This document shows positions 9,345 through 17,748 of a stretch of DNA of 64,000 nucleotides, in pieces; positions within the stretch are counted from its first letter, which is position 1, and each line of letters begins with the position of its first letter. The stretch is from a virus (lineage: Duplodnaviria > Heunggongvirae > Uroviricota > Caudoviricetes): IMG/VR virus record IMGVR_UViG_3300009551_000002, positions 1 through 64,000 of that record, one strand, 5' to 3'. Position numbers and translations under genes: made by a program. A model generated the notes under the pieces. It saw only the letters and a list, made by a program, of their open reading frames with translations, was not told the origin of the DNA and did not search any database.

Positions 9345-10041
9345 CGACGAGATCTCGTCTCATCGTGCGGCATTAAAGCTGACGGCGAGCGGTGCCCGTA
9401 GCTCACAAAAGATGGACCTGTTGTTATGGATGCGCGCACATCACCTATACAGTGCAGAATCGGCGATGACGATGCGAGAGATCGCCGCAGCGCGTGGAAT
9501 GTCGGACTTCTCGTCGATACACAAGCGCTTACCGGATCTACTAGAGGACGGTTATGTTACTAAATGTGGTATCCGTACGTGTCGCGTTACCGGTAATGAC
9601 GCACTCACTTGGGCGATTGGAGACATTGTGCCCGTGATCTCTATTTTCAAAGGCCAGTACTCGTTCCTATCTAACTTCTTCATCGAGCCTGACGGCACGC
9701 ACGTTGAAGGTGAGTACCAAGCACGCAAGGTATTGCCTATCGAACATGGCGTGGAGAATTTGAATCCGTCAAGGGCCAAGGCGTGGGGCAAGAAGATGCG
9801 TGGTAAAGAACGACCGGATTGGCACGAGGTCAATCTGAAGATCATGGAGGATCTGGTGATGGCGAAGTTCGTTGATCACGAGAACCTACGTGAGTTGCTG
9901 CTCGCGACTGGTGACGCAGAGATCGTCGAATCGAATACGTGGCACGATATTTTTTGGGGGCGCTGTGTCTGCCCCCAACATCATGGAGAAGGCCGCAACG
10001 AGCTTGGAATAATCCTTATGAAGGTACGTGCGTGGCTATGA
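9307..10041 (+). CDS. winged-HTH - NADAR (YbiA/DUF1768) domain fusion protein
   Basis: C-terminal NADAR motifs (FKGQYSFLSNFF...EYQARK...NLKIMEDLVMAKF...LLLATGDAEIVESNTWHDIFWG); N-terminal MarR/ArsR-like wHTH; start uncertain. Confidence 0.5.
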   Translation: MKFPNSEPIARSDDEISSHRAALKLTASGARSSQKMDLLLWMRAHHLYSAESAMTMREIAAARGMSDFSSIHKRLPDLLEDGYVTKCGIRTCRVTGNDALTWAIGDIVPVISIFKGQYSFLSNFFIEPDGTHVEGEYQARKVLPIEHGVENLNPSRAKAWGKKMRGKERPDWHEVNLKIMEDLVMAKFVDHENLRELLLATGDAEIVESNTWHDIFWGRCVCPQHHGEGRNELGIILMKVRAWL

Positions 10042-10499
10042 TCGTATACGTCATTAGGAATCAAGTTAACGGGAAAGTGTATGTGGGACAAACCACCCAG
10101 AGCCTAGAATCCAGATGGAGACATCATTGTTGGACGTCGACTCTTGTAGCCGCGAAGATGCCGATCTCCAGAGCGATAGCCAAGTACGGAAAGGAAAACT
10201 TCACTATCGCAGTTATACGAAGATGCCGCTCCCAACGATCTCTGGATTCTTCTGAGTTGAGTTTTGCTAAGAAGCTCCGCGCGTTCGTGCCGCATGGGTA
10301 TAATCTCAGGGCTGGTAACGGTCCTGGAAGTCTCAGCCCAAAAACTAAAGCAAAAATCAGTGCCGCGAATAAAGGGCGCAAACCGACTGCACAGGCAAGG
10401 CACAATATGTCATTGGGCCACTTAGGTCGCAGGAGGTCTCCGATCACGGACATGAAGCTAAGTGAGCGATACAAGGGCAGACCTGTTAGTCGACTCTGA
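10038..10499 (+). CDS. GIY-YIG homing endonuclease (catalytic part; frameshifted)
   Basis: MIVYVIRNQVNGKVYVGQTTQSLESRWRHH = GIY-YIG motif; NUMOD3-like GRKPT repeats; the reading frame continues in +1 after the stop. Confidence 0.6.
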   Translation: MIVYVIRNQVNGKVYVGQTTQSLESRWRHHCWTSTLVAAKMPISRAIAKYGKENFTIAVIRRCRSQRSLDSSELSFAKKLRAFVPHGYNLRAGNGPGSLSPKTKAKISAANKGRKPTAQARHNMSLGHLGRRRSPITDMKLSERYKGRPVSRL

Positions 10500-10500
10500 C

Positions 10501-10688
10501 CAATTGCAGCAGCGAAACGTCTCTCTAAGTTATGGCAAGTCGTATCGCCCTACGGTGAAGCTCACATCATTCGCGGACTAGCCAAGTTTTGTCGAGAGCA
10601 TGGACTTCTCCCCTCACAAATGTGTCTAGTAGCTCAAGGTGCTCGTAATCATCATCACGGCTGGCGCGTAAAGGAAATTCATGCGTAG
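10501..10688 (+). pseudogene. NUMOD1-like DNA-binding tail of the GIY-YIG endonuclease in the +1 frame
   Basis: Translates to ...SPYGEAHIIRGLAKFCREHGLLPSQMCLVAQGARNHHHGWRVKEIHA, typical of homing-endonuclease C-terminal NUMOD1; separated from the catalytic part by a +1 frameshift. Confidence 0.45.
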
Positions 10689-10709
10689 ATCGTTTCGGGG
10701 AGTTCGATA

Positions 10710-11267
10710 ATGGATCAAATCATTGCGTTAATCCGTCAGTTCATCAACATCTTCAAGATCTGGATGATCGTTATGCCATGGGAGCAAGCAGTACGCGTGC
10801 GCCTTGGTAAGCACACAGAGACACTTGAAGCTGGATGTCATCTCAAGTTGCCATTCGTCGATTCCTATTACGTGCAGAGCACACGTAAGCGCAACTCAGT
10901 GACCGGACGTCAGACTATCCTGATGAAGGATGGGATTCGCAACGCAATCGTCGCCACCATCGTGGGATATACGATCAGCGACGTACTCAAACTATACAGT
11001 ACTTTACATCACGCCGAGGACACGATCCGGAATATGGTCATGGCGGAAGTCGTCACTGTCATCTGCGAGCTTGATGATCTGTCCCCTTTGAGCATCGGAG
11101 AACGCGTTACTAAGAATATCAACTTTGAGCAGTACGGTCTGAGCAACGTCGAGGTTTGCGTGGCCGAGCTTTCGATCGCACGCACGTATAGGATCATGGG
11201 CGATTACGCACAGATGTTCCAGAACGGTACGGCGCTGCATACTGAGAGCGAGAATCCGAAGACATGA
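10710..11267 (+). CDS. SPFH/band-7 (prohibitin/stomatin-like) domain protein
   Basis: N-terminal TM helix then an SPFH-like core (PWEQAVRVRLGKHTETLEAGCHLKLPFVDSYY...). Confidence 0.45.
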   Translation: MDQIIALIRQFINIFKIWMIVMPWEQAVRVRLGKHTETLEAGCHLKLPFVDSYYVQSTRKRNSVTGRQTILMKDGIRNAIVATIVGYTISDVLKLYSTLHHAEDTIRNMVMAEVVTVICELDDLSPLSIGERVTKNINFEQYGLSNVEVCVAELSIARTYRIMGDYAQMFQNGTALHTESENPKT

Positions 11268-11503
11268 GGGCCAGTCCATTGCTCGCTAGATATCGTGCGC
11301 TGAAGAAACAGGAAGCGAAGCTCGCTGATAGCTGGGTGAAGTTCCACGCGGCTGCCAAAGCTGGTGGTTGTCAGCACGAGGTCGTAAACGATCATAAGAT
11401 CCATAACGACAACGGCTACGGTCGTTGGTGGACGACGTTCCAGAGGGTATGCGCCTTCTGCGAAGAGGTACTGGAAAGTCGGACTGAAAACGGCTGCTTA
11501 TGA
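11264..11503 (+). CDS. hypothetical protein
   Basis: 79-aa ORF with ATGA overlap. Confidence 0.35.
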   Translation: MRASPLLARYRALKKQEAKLADSWVKFHAAAKAGGCQHEVVNDHKIHNDNGYGRWWTTFQRVCAFCEEVLESRTENGCL

Positions 11504-11673
11504 GTGAAGACGACGCGCGCTACGTGATGAACATTGCCAAGGCGACTCTGTTCGGTGTATATAGTATGCTCTTGCAATTAAATTGTGCAGATAATCGCAT
11601 CGGTGCTTTGACGACCGAGAAGAACAACGCACTGTCGTTGATCGAGAAACAGTTTAACGAGCGCCCGCGATGA
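11500..11673 (+). CDS. hypothetical small protein
   Basis: 57-aa ORF not in the track; overlaps the start of the HNH gene. Confidence 0.25.
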   Translation: MSEDDARYVMNIAKATLFGVYSMLLQLNCADNRIGALTTEKNNALSLIEKQFNERPR

Positions 11674-12287
11674 TGGCTCCTTCCCGCCCGGCCATCTACA
11701 TGCCGGGCCAACCAGACCTGCTCCGTCGAATCAAAGTAGACGGTGTCTTCCTAACAGCCATCGTGATCGCGCGTATATGGTCACGGATAGAAATACGCGG
11801 CGCTGATGAGTGTTGGCCTTGGATAGCCGCAGGGTCACCAGGATATGGGGTGATTAGAGTCGGCAATAAGTTGCTAGTAGTTTCTCGGATCATGGCGCAT
11901 GCAGCTTATGGCAAACCTTCAAAGAAGAAACCATACGCGTGTCATACGTGTGACAACCCCCCATGCTGCAATCCGAAGCATTTGTTCTGGGGGTCGATGA
12001 AAGATAATTTGGACGACGCCAGCGCGAAGGGTAGGTGTGCTGTACAACGTCACCCAGAAATCATTCGCGGAGAACGCAACGGCAGCGCCAAATTAACTGA
12101 AGCACAAGTCGCTGACATATACACGAGCGGTGAGAGTAAGCGGCAAGCCGCTGATCGATTCAGAGTCAGCGTGAGCCTTGTAAAAGCAATCCGGCAAGGA
12201 AAGAATTGGCGACACGTCACAGTTTCACTGCGTCGCGGAAAAGTGGAGTGTCGAAATACATGGCCGTTCCGAAACGCCCACAGATAA
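11670..12287 (+). CDS. HNH homing endonuclease (HNH_3/AP2-like)
   Basis: CWPW...GYGVIRVGNKLLVVSRIMAHAAYG...CHTCDNPPCCNPKHLFWGSMKDN; 3' end overlaps the start of the polymerase C-fragment. Confidence 0.6.
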   Translation: MMAPSRPAIYMPGQPDLLRRIKVDGVFLTAIVIARIWSRIEIRGADECWPWIAAGSPGYGVIRVGNKLLVVSRIMAHAAYGKPSKKKPYACHTCDNPPCCNPKHLFWGSMKDNLDDASAKGRCAVQRHPEIIRGERNGSAKLTEAQVADIYTSGESKRQAADRFRVSVSLVKAIRQGKNWRHVTVSLRRGKVECRNTWPFRNAHR

Positions 12288-13621
12288 CGATGCCCGGCGA
12301 ACCGTGCCTGGAGAACGTCGCGAACATTGATCGTGGCGTCATCCCCTTCACACGCGCCTGCCAGAACAACGGCATGGTGCTCAATCGCGAGCACCTGTGG
12401 GAACTCTCTGAGTACCTCGATAAGGAAATCGCTCGACTAGGTAGAGAGATCACCGAGCATATCCCACAGTCAATGCTCGATGAGTTCACACAAGCATCAT
12501 TAGCGATCGATGATTTGAATCTCGACTCGCCTGATCAGATCGCCGCTCTCTTGTTCCGTCATCTGCGCGTTGGGCAAGGCGTCGAGTTAGAGATGACTCC
12601 TGGTGGAGACCGGATCTCCACAGGAAAGAAACAACTCGAACGGATCAAGAAGGATCACCCGGTCATCCCGCTGATCCTGCAACGGCGCGAATACACCAAA
12701 CTTCAAAACACGTATTGCGACACACTGCCGAACGAAGCCATTTACGTACCGTCGATCGATCGTTGGAAGTTCTACTACAACATCGGGCTGACGTTCACGT
12801 CGACGGGGCGCATGACAGTATCGCGCGTGCATCAGATTCCGATCCGGACAGAGCTAGGCCGCAAGATCCGACAGGCGTTCGAGCCAGAGCCGGGCATGGT
12901 GTTCATCTCCGCTGACTACGCGGGGCTAGAGCTACGCATTCTTGCACACTGCGCGCAAGAGCGGAACATGATCCGGATCTTCCGTGATCCGAAAGGCGAC
13001 ATCCATCAGGAGACAGTCGACGGGCTGAACATGCCGCCAACACTGGACGCTACGGCGCAGCGATTAGCGGCGAAGCGAGTCAACTTCGGCATCGTCTACG
13101 GGACGACGGATCTAGGGCTATGGCTGACGTTGCAATCTGACGGCGTGCCGTGTACGAGGGAACAGTGTGCTGGATTCCAGCTAGGATTCTTCGCCACCTA
13201 TCCTGACGTCGCGCCGTACATTTCAAGGATGCACTATCGCGCCCGGCGCTATGGATTCGCGTACAACATCTTCGGGAGAGTGTCGCCAGCGCCGGAGTTT
13301 CGGTCAGTACATAAGAGGATCGTCAGAGAAGGCGAACGAAGGATTCAGAACTACGTGATCCAGTCGACTGCGACGGACGTGTTCAAGATCGGCGCGGCAG
13401 AGGTCTATGACTTCTGTTTGGAAGTACAGGATGGATTGTTCGGGAAGCCGATGCGCTGCGAGCCGCTGCTGCCGTTTCACGATCAGATCCTACTACAGTG
13501 CGACAAGTCGATCGCGGTCGAGTGCGCTGAAGCGATCGGGCAAATCATGGGCAGTTGCGTACAATTGCGGATACCGTTGAAGGTGGATCATCCGATCCAG
13601 GAGGGTCACTGGAAGAAATGA
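12206..13621 (+). CDS. Family A DNA polymerase, C-terminal fragment (thumb/fingers/palm)
   Basis: Motif A ISADYAGLELRILAH, motif B RLAAKRVNFGIVYG, motif C HDQILLQ; the N-terminus aligns to the segment that follows the YAAxDA region in Klenow; true start may be 12251 or 12290. Confidence 0.75.
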   Translation: MATRHSFTASRKSGVSKYMAVPKRPQITMPGEPCLENVANIDRGVIPFTRACQNNGMVLNREHLWELSEYLDKEIARLGREITEHIPQSMLDEFTQASLAIDDLNLDSPDQIAALLFRHLRVGQGVELEMTPGGDRISTGKKQLERIKKDHPVIPLILQRREYTKLQNTYCDTLPNEAIYVPSIDRWKFYYNIGLTFTSTGRMTVSRVHQIPIRTELGRKIRQAFEPEPGMVFISADYAGLELRILAHCAQERNMIRIFRDPKGDIHQETVDGLNMPPTLDATAQRLAAKRVNFGIVYGTTDLGLWLTLQSDGVPCTREQCAGFQLGFFATYPDVAPYISRMHYRARRYGFAYNIFGRVSPAPEFRSVHKRIVREGERRIQNYVIQSTATDVFKIGAAEVYDFCLEVQDGLFGKPMRCEPLLPFHDQILLQCDKSIAVECAEAIGQIMGSCVQLRIPLKVDHPIQEGHWKK

Positions 13622-13635
13622 TATACTCCTAACTT

Positions 13636-14184
13636 ATGACGTACGAGAAGTACCTCAAAGAGAATTGCAAGTGGTGCGCGAACGGACCTGTCGTTTGGAT
13701 GCGTGTCTACACAGACGACGGCCCATGGCACCTGGACGAACTCGGCGACAAGGTAGAGCGCTGTACGGCGCTACCGCTGAAGGAATGGGCTGCGCAGAAC
13801 GCCGATGCTATACAGCAGGTCGACGACGTCCTCATCGTCAACTTCATCGCCGCCAAGGATAATAACTACAAACAGGCGCTCGCAGATCTCGTGACGCAAG
13901 AGATCCAGATGCACAATGACCCAGTGCTCATGCCGAAGATCACTGGGGTGGCGATGCGACACCGCGAGACCAAAGAAGTGGTATCGATGGCAATGCCAGC
14001 ACGACATCATCTGCTGATCCGCAGGCTGGTAGAAGAGGATGGCAGACCGGACTTCCCCAAGAATTGCCAGCACGGGTTCATTACCGAGAACGGGCAATTC
14101 CTGGACAATTATGAGGCGCGGATATACGCCATGAAAACCAAACAGATCGGCACCCGTGTTCTGACCAGCGAAGATCTCTGGTAA
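13636..14184 (+). CDS. hypothetical protein
   Basis: 182-aa ORF downstream of the polymerase. Confidence 0.5.
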   Translation: MTYEKYLKENCKWCANGPVVWMRVYTDDGPWHLDELGDKVERCTALPLKEWAAQNADAIQQVDDVLIVNFIAAKDNNYKQALADLVTQEIQMHNDPVLMPKITGVAMRHRETKEVVSMAMPARHHLLIRRLVEEDGRPDFPKNCQHGFITENGQFLDNYEARIYAMKTKQIGTRVLTSEDLW

Positions 14185-14325
14185 ACTCACAAATGCTGGC
14201 GTTTTCGTGGGCGTGCTGATGACACGATCCGCGACTGCGTTTCCAGACGTAGCACTACAGAGAGCGTCGCATATTCCTTTCGTGTGACTAAGTGGTGACT
14301 CGCCAGCAATAGTTCCTTACCACGT

Positions 14326-14360
14326 ATTGACAAACGCAGTACGTGGTGATATTCTCTCCT
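14326..14360 (+). promoter_or_regulatory. sigma70-like promoter candidate (TTGACA-17-TATTCT)
   Basis: TTGACA at 14326, 17-nt spacer, TATTCT; in a 330-bp intergenic gap upstream of the RHH gene. Confidence 0.35.
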
Positions 14361-14363
14361 TAG

Positions 14364-14522
14364 ATGAGTATTACGACGAGTACCTTTCGCCTGGATAATA
14401 CTAGTCGCAAGCTGCTGTCCAAATTCGCTAAACAGGACGGTACGAGCATGACGGATGTGATCCGGCGATTGCTGCGAGAGAGATCTGAAAAGGAAACGAA
14501 GGAACAGGACACCCACAAATGA
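14364..14522 (+). CDS. ribbon-helix-helix (CopG/Arc-like) DNA-binding protein
   Basis: 52-aa ORF absent from the track: MSITTSTFRLDNTSRKLLSKFAKQDGTSMTDVIRRLLRE...; ATGA overlap with the downstream gene. Confidence 0.45.
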   Translation: MSITTSTFRLDNTSRKLLSKFAKQDGTSMTDVIRRLLRERSEKETKEQDTHK

Positions 14523-15433
14523 AGAATGCTACCAAGAAAGCCGCAAGAGCCACGAAGTCCCTGCCGGTAAAGACTGCGGCTCCGAGAAAGACAGTCGCGA
14601 AGAAGCATGCTGCTGCGGAACCAACCGCTGCCGTGGCCGTGAAGAAGAAGCTCACGCCCGAAGAGGAAATCGCCAAGCGCGAACAGGAAGTCGCCAAGCG
14701 CGCGCTCAAGGTCACCGAGGAAGCTGAAGACATCGCGCGTGTCATCACGTCGCTGACGGTCGATGACGTGAACCGTGAGAAGGCTGCCGTCAATTTTCGC
14801 ACCGACGTCATCAAAGCCATGCTTCAGCAGGGACATGACCTGCTGGACGATATCGTGAAGGCTGCGAAGAATGCCTATGATGTCGCACGCGACAAGCGTG
14901 ATAAGGCGCTGGCCCCGTTCGAGGCTGCCGACAAGATGATCCGCGACGCGCTGACGATCTATTACACCAAGCAACGGGATCGGGCAGCATTGGCTCAGAA
15001 GAAAGCTGATGAAGAGCAGGCCGAACGCGAACGGCAGGCGATCTTGGCTCGCCAGGAGGAACGTGTTGCTCTCGAAGAACAGGTCATGGACGACATCGCC
15101 AAGCTCGACGAGAACGATCCGCAGTATCAGGATAAGGTCGACGCTCTGCAAGCACGCTTGGAGCCGCTGAATAAACCGGTCGAGATCGTGCCTCATGTGA
15201 AAGTGTCTGAGCCTGAGACGAGCGGGCGAATGGTTTTACAGGACAATTGGGGAGCACGGATCACGGACATTCACGCAGTCGTGCGTCAGGTCGTCGCTGG
15301 TGATTTGCCGTGGTCACTGATCGAGATTAGGCAACCGGAGGCGAACAAGCTCGCTAAACTCTACACAACCACGAAGCATTTTCCCGGCATCGTCTTTGAG
15401 AACAATCCGTATACTCGGGGTAGTGGGCGATGA
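14519..15433 (+). CDS. Lys/Ala-rich (histone H1-like N-terminus) coiled-coil protein
   Basis: N-terminus KKAARATKSLPVKTAAPRKTVAKKHAAA; central coiled-coil; co-transcribed with the RHH gene. Confidence 0.5.
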   Translation: MKNATKKAARATKSLPVKTAAPRKTVAKKHAAAEPTAAVAVKKKLTPEEEIAKREQEVAKRALKVTEEAEDIARVITSLTVDDVNREKAAVNFRTDVIKAMLQQGHDLLDDIVKAAKNAYDVARDKRDKALAPFEAADKMIRDALTIYYTKQRDRAALAQKKADEEQAERERQAILARQEERVALEEQVMDDIAKLDENDPQYQDKVDALQARLEPLNKPVEIVPHVKVSEPETSGRMVLQDNWGARITDIHAVVRQVVAGDLPWSLIEIRQPEANKLAKLYTTTKHFPGIVFENNPYTRGSGR

Positions 15434-15702
15434 AAGTCAAGACCCTTTGCACGCTAACGATATTCTCGTTTTTTGTGAGTATCGTCGCGTTCCTCATCGC
15501 GTATCGGCACCCTATGCCGAATTCGGTAGTGTGGTGGACTGGCGGCCTGATCGAATCAGTGCCGCCGACACCATCCACAGTTCCGTTCGGAGAATGGGTA
15601 TTGGCAGAGATCATTACGCCGCTGCTGGCTACCCTTATGGGAAGCTTTTTATTGTGGACTATTTCGTCGACTATTTGCAGTAAATTGCGAGGGGAGGATT
15701 AG
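15430..15702 (+). CDS. small membrane protein
   Basis: 90 aa, two predicted TM helices. Confidence 0.4.
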   Translation: MKVKTLCTLTIFSFFVSIVAFLIAYRHPMPNSVVWWTGGLIESVPPTPSTVPFGEWVLAEIITPLLATLMGSFLLWTISSTICSKLRGED

Positions 15703-15704
15703 AC

Positions 15705-17735
15705 ATGAGCGTAGAACAACAGACTGTCGCTTTCACTACCGTCCAGGCGGCGCTAGGGAAGCACTTCGCGGAGATGAGCAAGCATCGGCTGTTCACGACA
15801 GATGCCGATGGGCAGGCCATGTGGGATCTTTATCTCCGTAGCTTCCCACCTGGATCGAATCCGCTCTACAAGACGCGCACCGAACATGACTGTAGCTGCT
15901 GCCGTCACTTCATCAAGAACATCGGTGGCGGCGTCAACATCATCGACGGCAAAGTCGTCACGCTCTGGGATTTCAAGGTCGACGGGCCGTATCAGGACGT
16001 CGTCGATAACTTGGCTGCCTACGTGCGCGGCTGTGCGATCGAGAACGTGTACCTGCACTACGAGCGTGTCGTCGGCAACGCCAACAGTCGTCAGTTGCTC
16101 GAAGACAAGAGCGTGAAGACGTGGGATCACTTCTTCGTCAACCTGCCGAAAGAGGCAGTGATGAAGAAAGAACTCATCGGCCCGACGAAGGGCGAAGTCA
16201 CAGCTACGCATGACGTCTTTCTGCGAAGTCTGAAAGAGATCACTATCGACGCAGTAGAGACGACGCTGGATCTAATCGCTCAGAACTCTCTCTATCGCGG
16301 CGAAGAGCACAAGTTCGCCGTGATCGAGTTCCGAAAACTCCAGGCGCGATTCGCAGGACTACGGGAATCCGCACAGGACCTATTCGTGTGGAGCAACTGG
16401 GGTGACGTTCACGAGTCCGTGGCGCGTATCCGCAACACTGTCATTGGCACGCTGCTGGTCGATCTCTCCGAAGGCAAAGAGCTAGAGGACGCCGTCAAGT
16501 CCTACGAGCAGAAGGTTGCTCCGACGAATTACAAGCGGCCTACTGCACTGGTCACCAAAGCGATGATCGCGCAGGCGCAGAAGACGGTCGAAGAACTTGG
16601 CTTGACCACTGCTCTCGAACGCCGGTACGCCACCATTGACGACATCACGGTCAACAACATCCTGTTTGCGGATCGTGCGGCCAAGAAGGCGATGAACGTG
16701 TTCGATGAGATCGGAGCCAGCGTCGCCGTCGACGTCAAGAAGCTCGGCAAGGTCGAGGAAGTCACGATCAATGACTTCATCACGAAGATCCTACCCACAG
16801 CACAGTCGGTCGAGGCGCTATTCGAGAACCGGCATGCCGGGAATCTCGTGAGCCTCATCGCACCGGTCGATCCTACGGCCAGACAATTGTTCAAGTGGCC
16901 GAATGGATTCTCGTGGTCATACACGGGCGATCTCGCGGACTCGATCAAGGAGCGCGTCAAGGCGGCCGGTGGTAGTGTGACCGGAGACTTCCGCGCGTCG
17001 CTCGCTTGGTACAACTACGATGACCTGGACCTGCATCTGAAGGGGCCGGGCAGGATGCACATCTATTACGGTGATCGTCATTCAATGGTAGGCGGCGGTG
17101 AATTAGACGTCGACATGAATGCCGGTTCCGGCAGGACGAGGTCCGCAGTCGAGAACATCACGTTTCCAAGACGTGAACGTATGCCTGAAGGCGTATACAC
17201 TTTGTCCGTCCATCAGTACTGTCAACGGGAACTGAAAGACGTTGGCTTCGAGGTAGAGATGGAGTTCGACGGAGTCGTGTATCGGTTCGCGTCTTCAGAA
17301 GCGCTTCCTCAGGGAAGAAACTTCCCTGTATGTGACTTCACGTATAGTCGCAAGGACGGACTCACGGTCACGGCTGGAATGAATGTGAAGATGGCCTCGA
17401 AGACTCTATGGAGTCTGCCTACGCAGACGTTCCATAAGGTCCGCGTCGTCGCGCTGTCGCCAAATCAGTGGGATGGTCGCGAGATCGGCAACAAGCATTA
17501 CTTCTTCATGATGGAAGGATGCAAGAACGAAGGCACGGCTCGGGGATTCTTCAATGAGTTCCTGAGTGAGGCGCTGACGCCGCATCGCAAGGTGCTGGAA
17601 ATGGTGGGAGCGAAGATGCAGACCGCTGAGTCCGAACGGCAATTGAGCGGGATTGGGTTTAGTTCGACGCAGCGGAACTCTCTGCTGTGTAGGGTGACTG
17701 GATCGTTCAGCCGGGTAGTGAAGATTCTGTTCTAA
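15705..17735 (+). CDS. large hypothetical protein (676 aa)
   Basis: Strong RBS GGGGAGGA; N-terminal Cys cluster HDCSCCRHF; no family recognised. Confidence 0.55.
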   Translation: MSVEQQTVAFTTVQAALGKHFAEMSKHRLFTTDADGQAMWDLYLRSFPPGSNPLYKTRTEHDCSCCRHFIKNIGGGVNIIDGKVVTLWDFKVDGPYQDVVDNLAAYVRGCAIENVYLHYERVVGNANSRQLLEDKSVKTWDHFFVNLPKEAVMKKELIGPTKGEVTATHDVFLRSLKEITIDAVETTLDLIAQNSLYRGEEHKFAVIEFRKLQARFAGLRESAQDLFVWSNWGDVHESVARIRNTVIGTLLVDLSEGKELEDAVKSYEQKVAPTNYKRPTALVTKAMIAQAQKTVEELGLTTALERRYATIDDITVNNILFADRAAKKAMNVFDEIGASVAVDVKKLGKVEEVTINDFITKILPTAQSVEALFENRHAGNLVSLIAPVDPTARQLFKWPNGFSWSYTGDLADSIKERVKAAGGSVTGDFRASLAWYNYDDLDLHLKGPGRMHIYYGDRHSMVGGGELDVDMNAGSGRTRSAVENITFPRRERMPEGVYTLSVHQYCQRELKDVGFEVEMEFDGVVYRFASSEALPQGRNFPVCDFTYSRKDGLTVTAGMNVKMASKTLWSLPTQTFHKVRVVALSPNQWDGREIGNKHYFFMMEGCKNEGTARGFFNEFLSEALTPHRKVLEMVGAKMQTAESERQLSGIGFSSTQRNSLLCRVTGSFSRVVKILF

Positions 17736-17748
17736 GGAAGAGACAATA

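Noticed and set aside
8838-12206. Intein interpretation of the polymerase interruption
   Set aside because: The upstream fragment ends in a stop codon and the downstream fragment has its own start. There is no Cys/Ser at the +1 junction and no terminal His-Asn, and the intervening DNA encodes five independent ORFs in different frames.
15705-17735. Attempts to assign the 676-aa protein to RNA ligase, PhuZ/tubulin or primase families
   Set aside because: Diagnostic motifs (KxDG, GGGTGSG, primase Zn/TOPRIM) are absent, so it is left as hypothetical.
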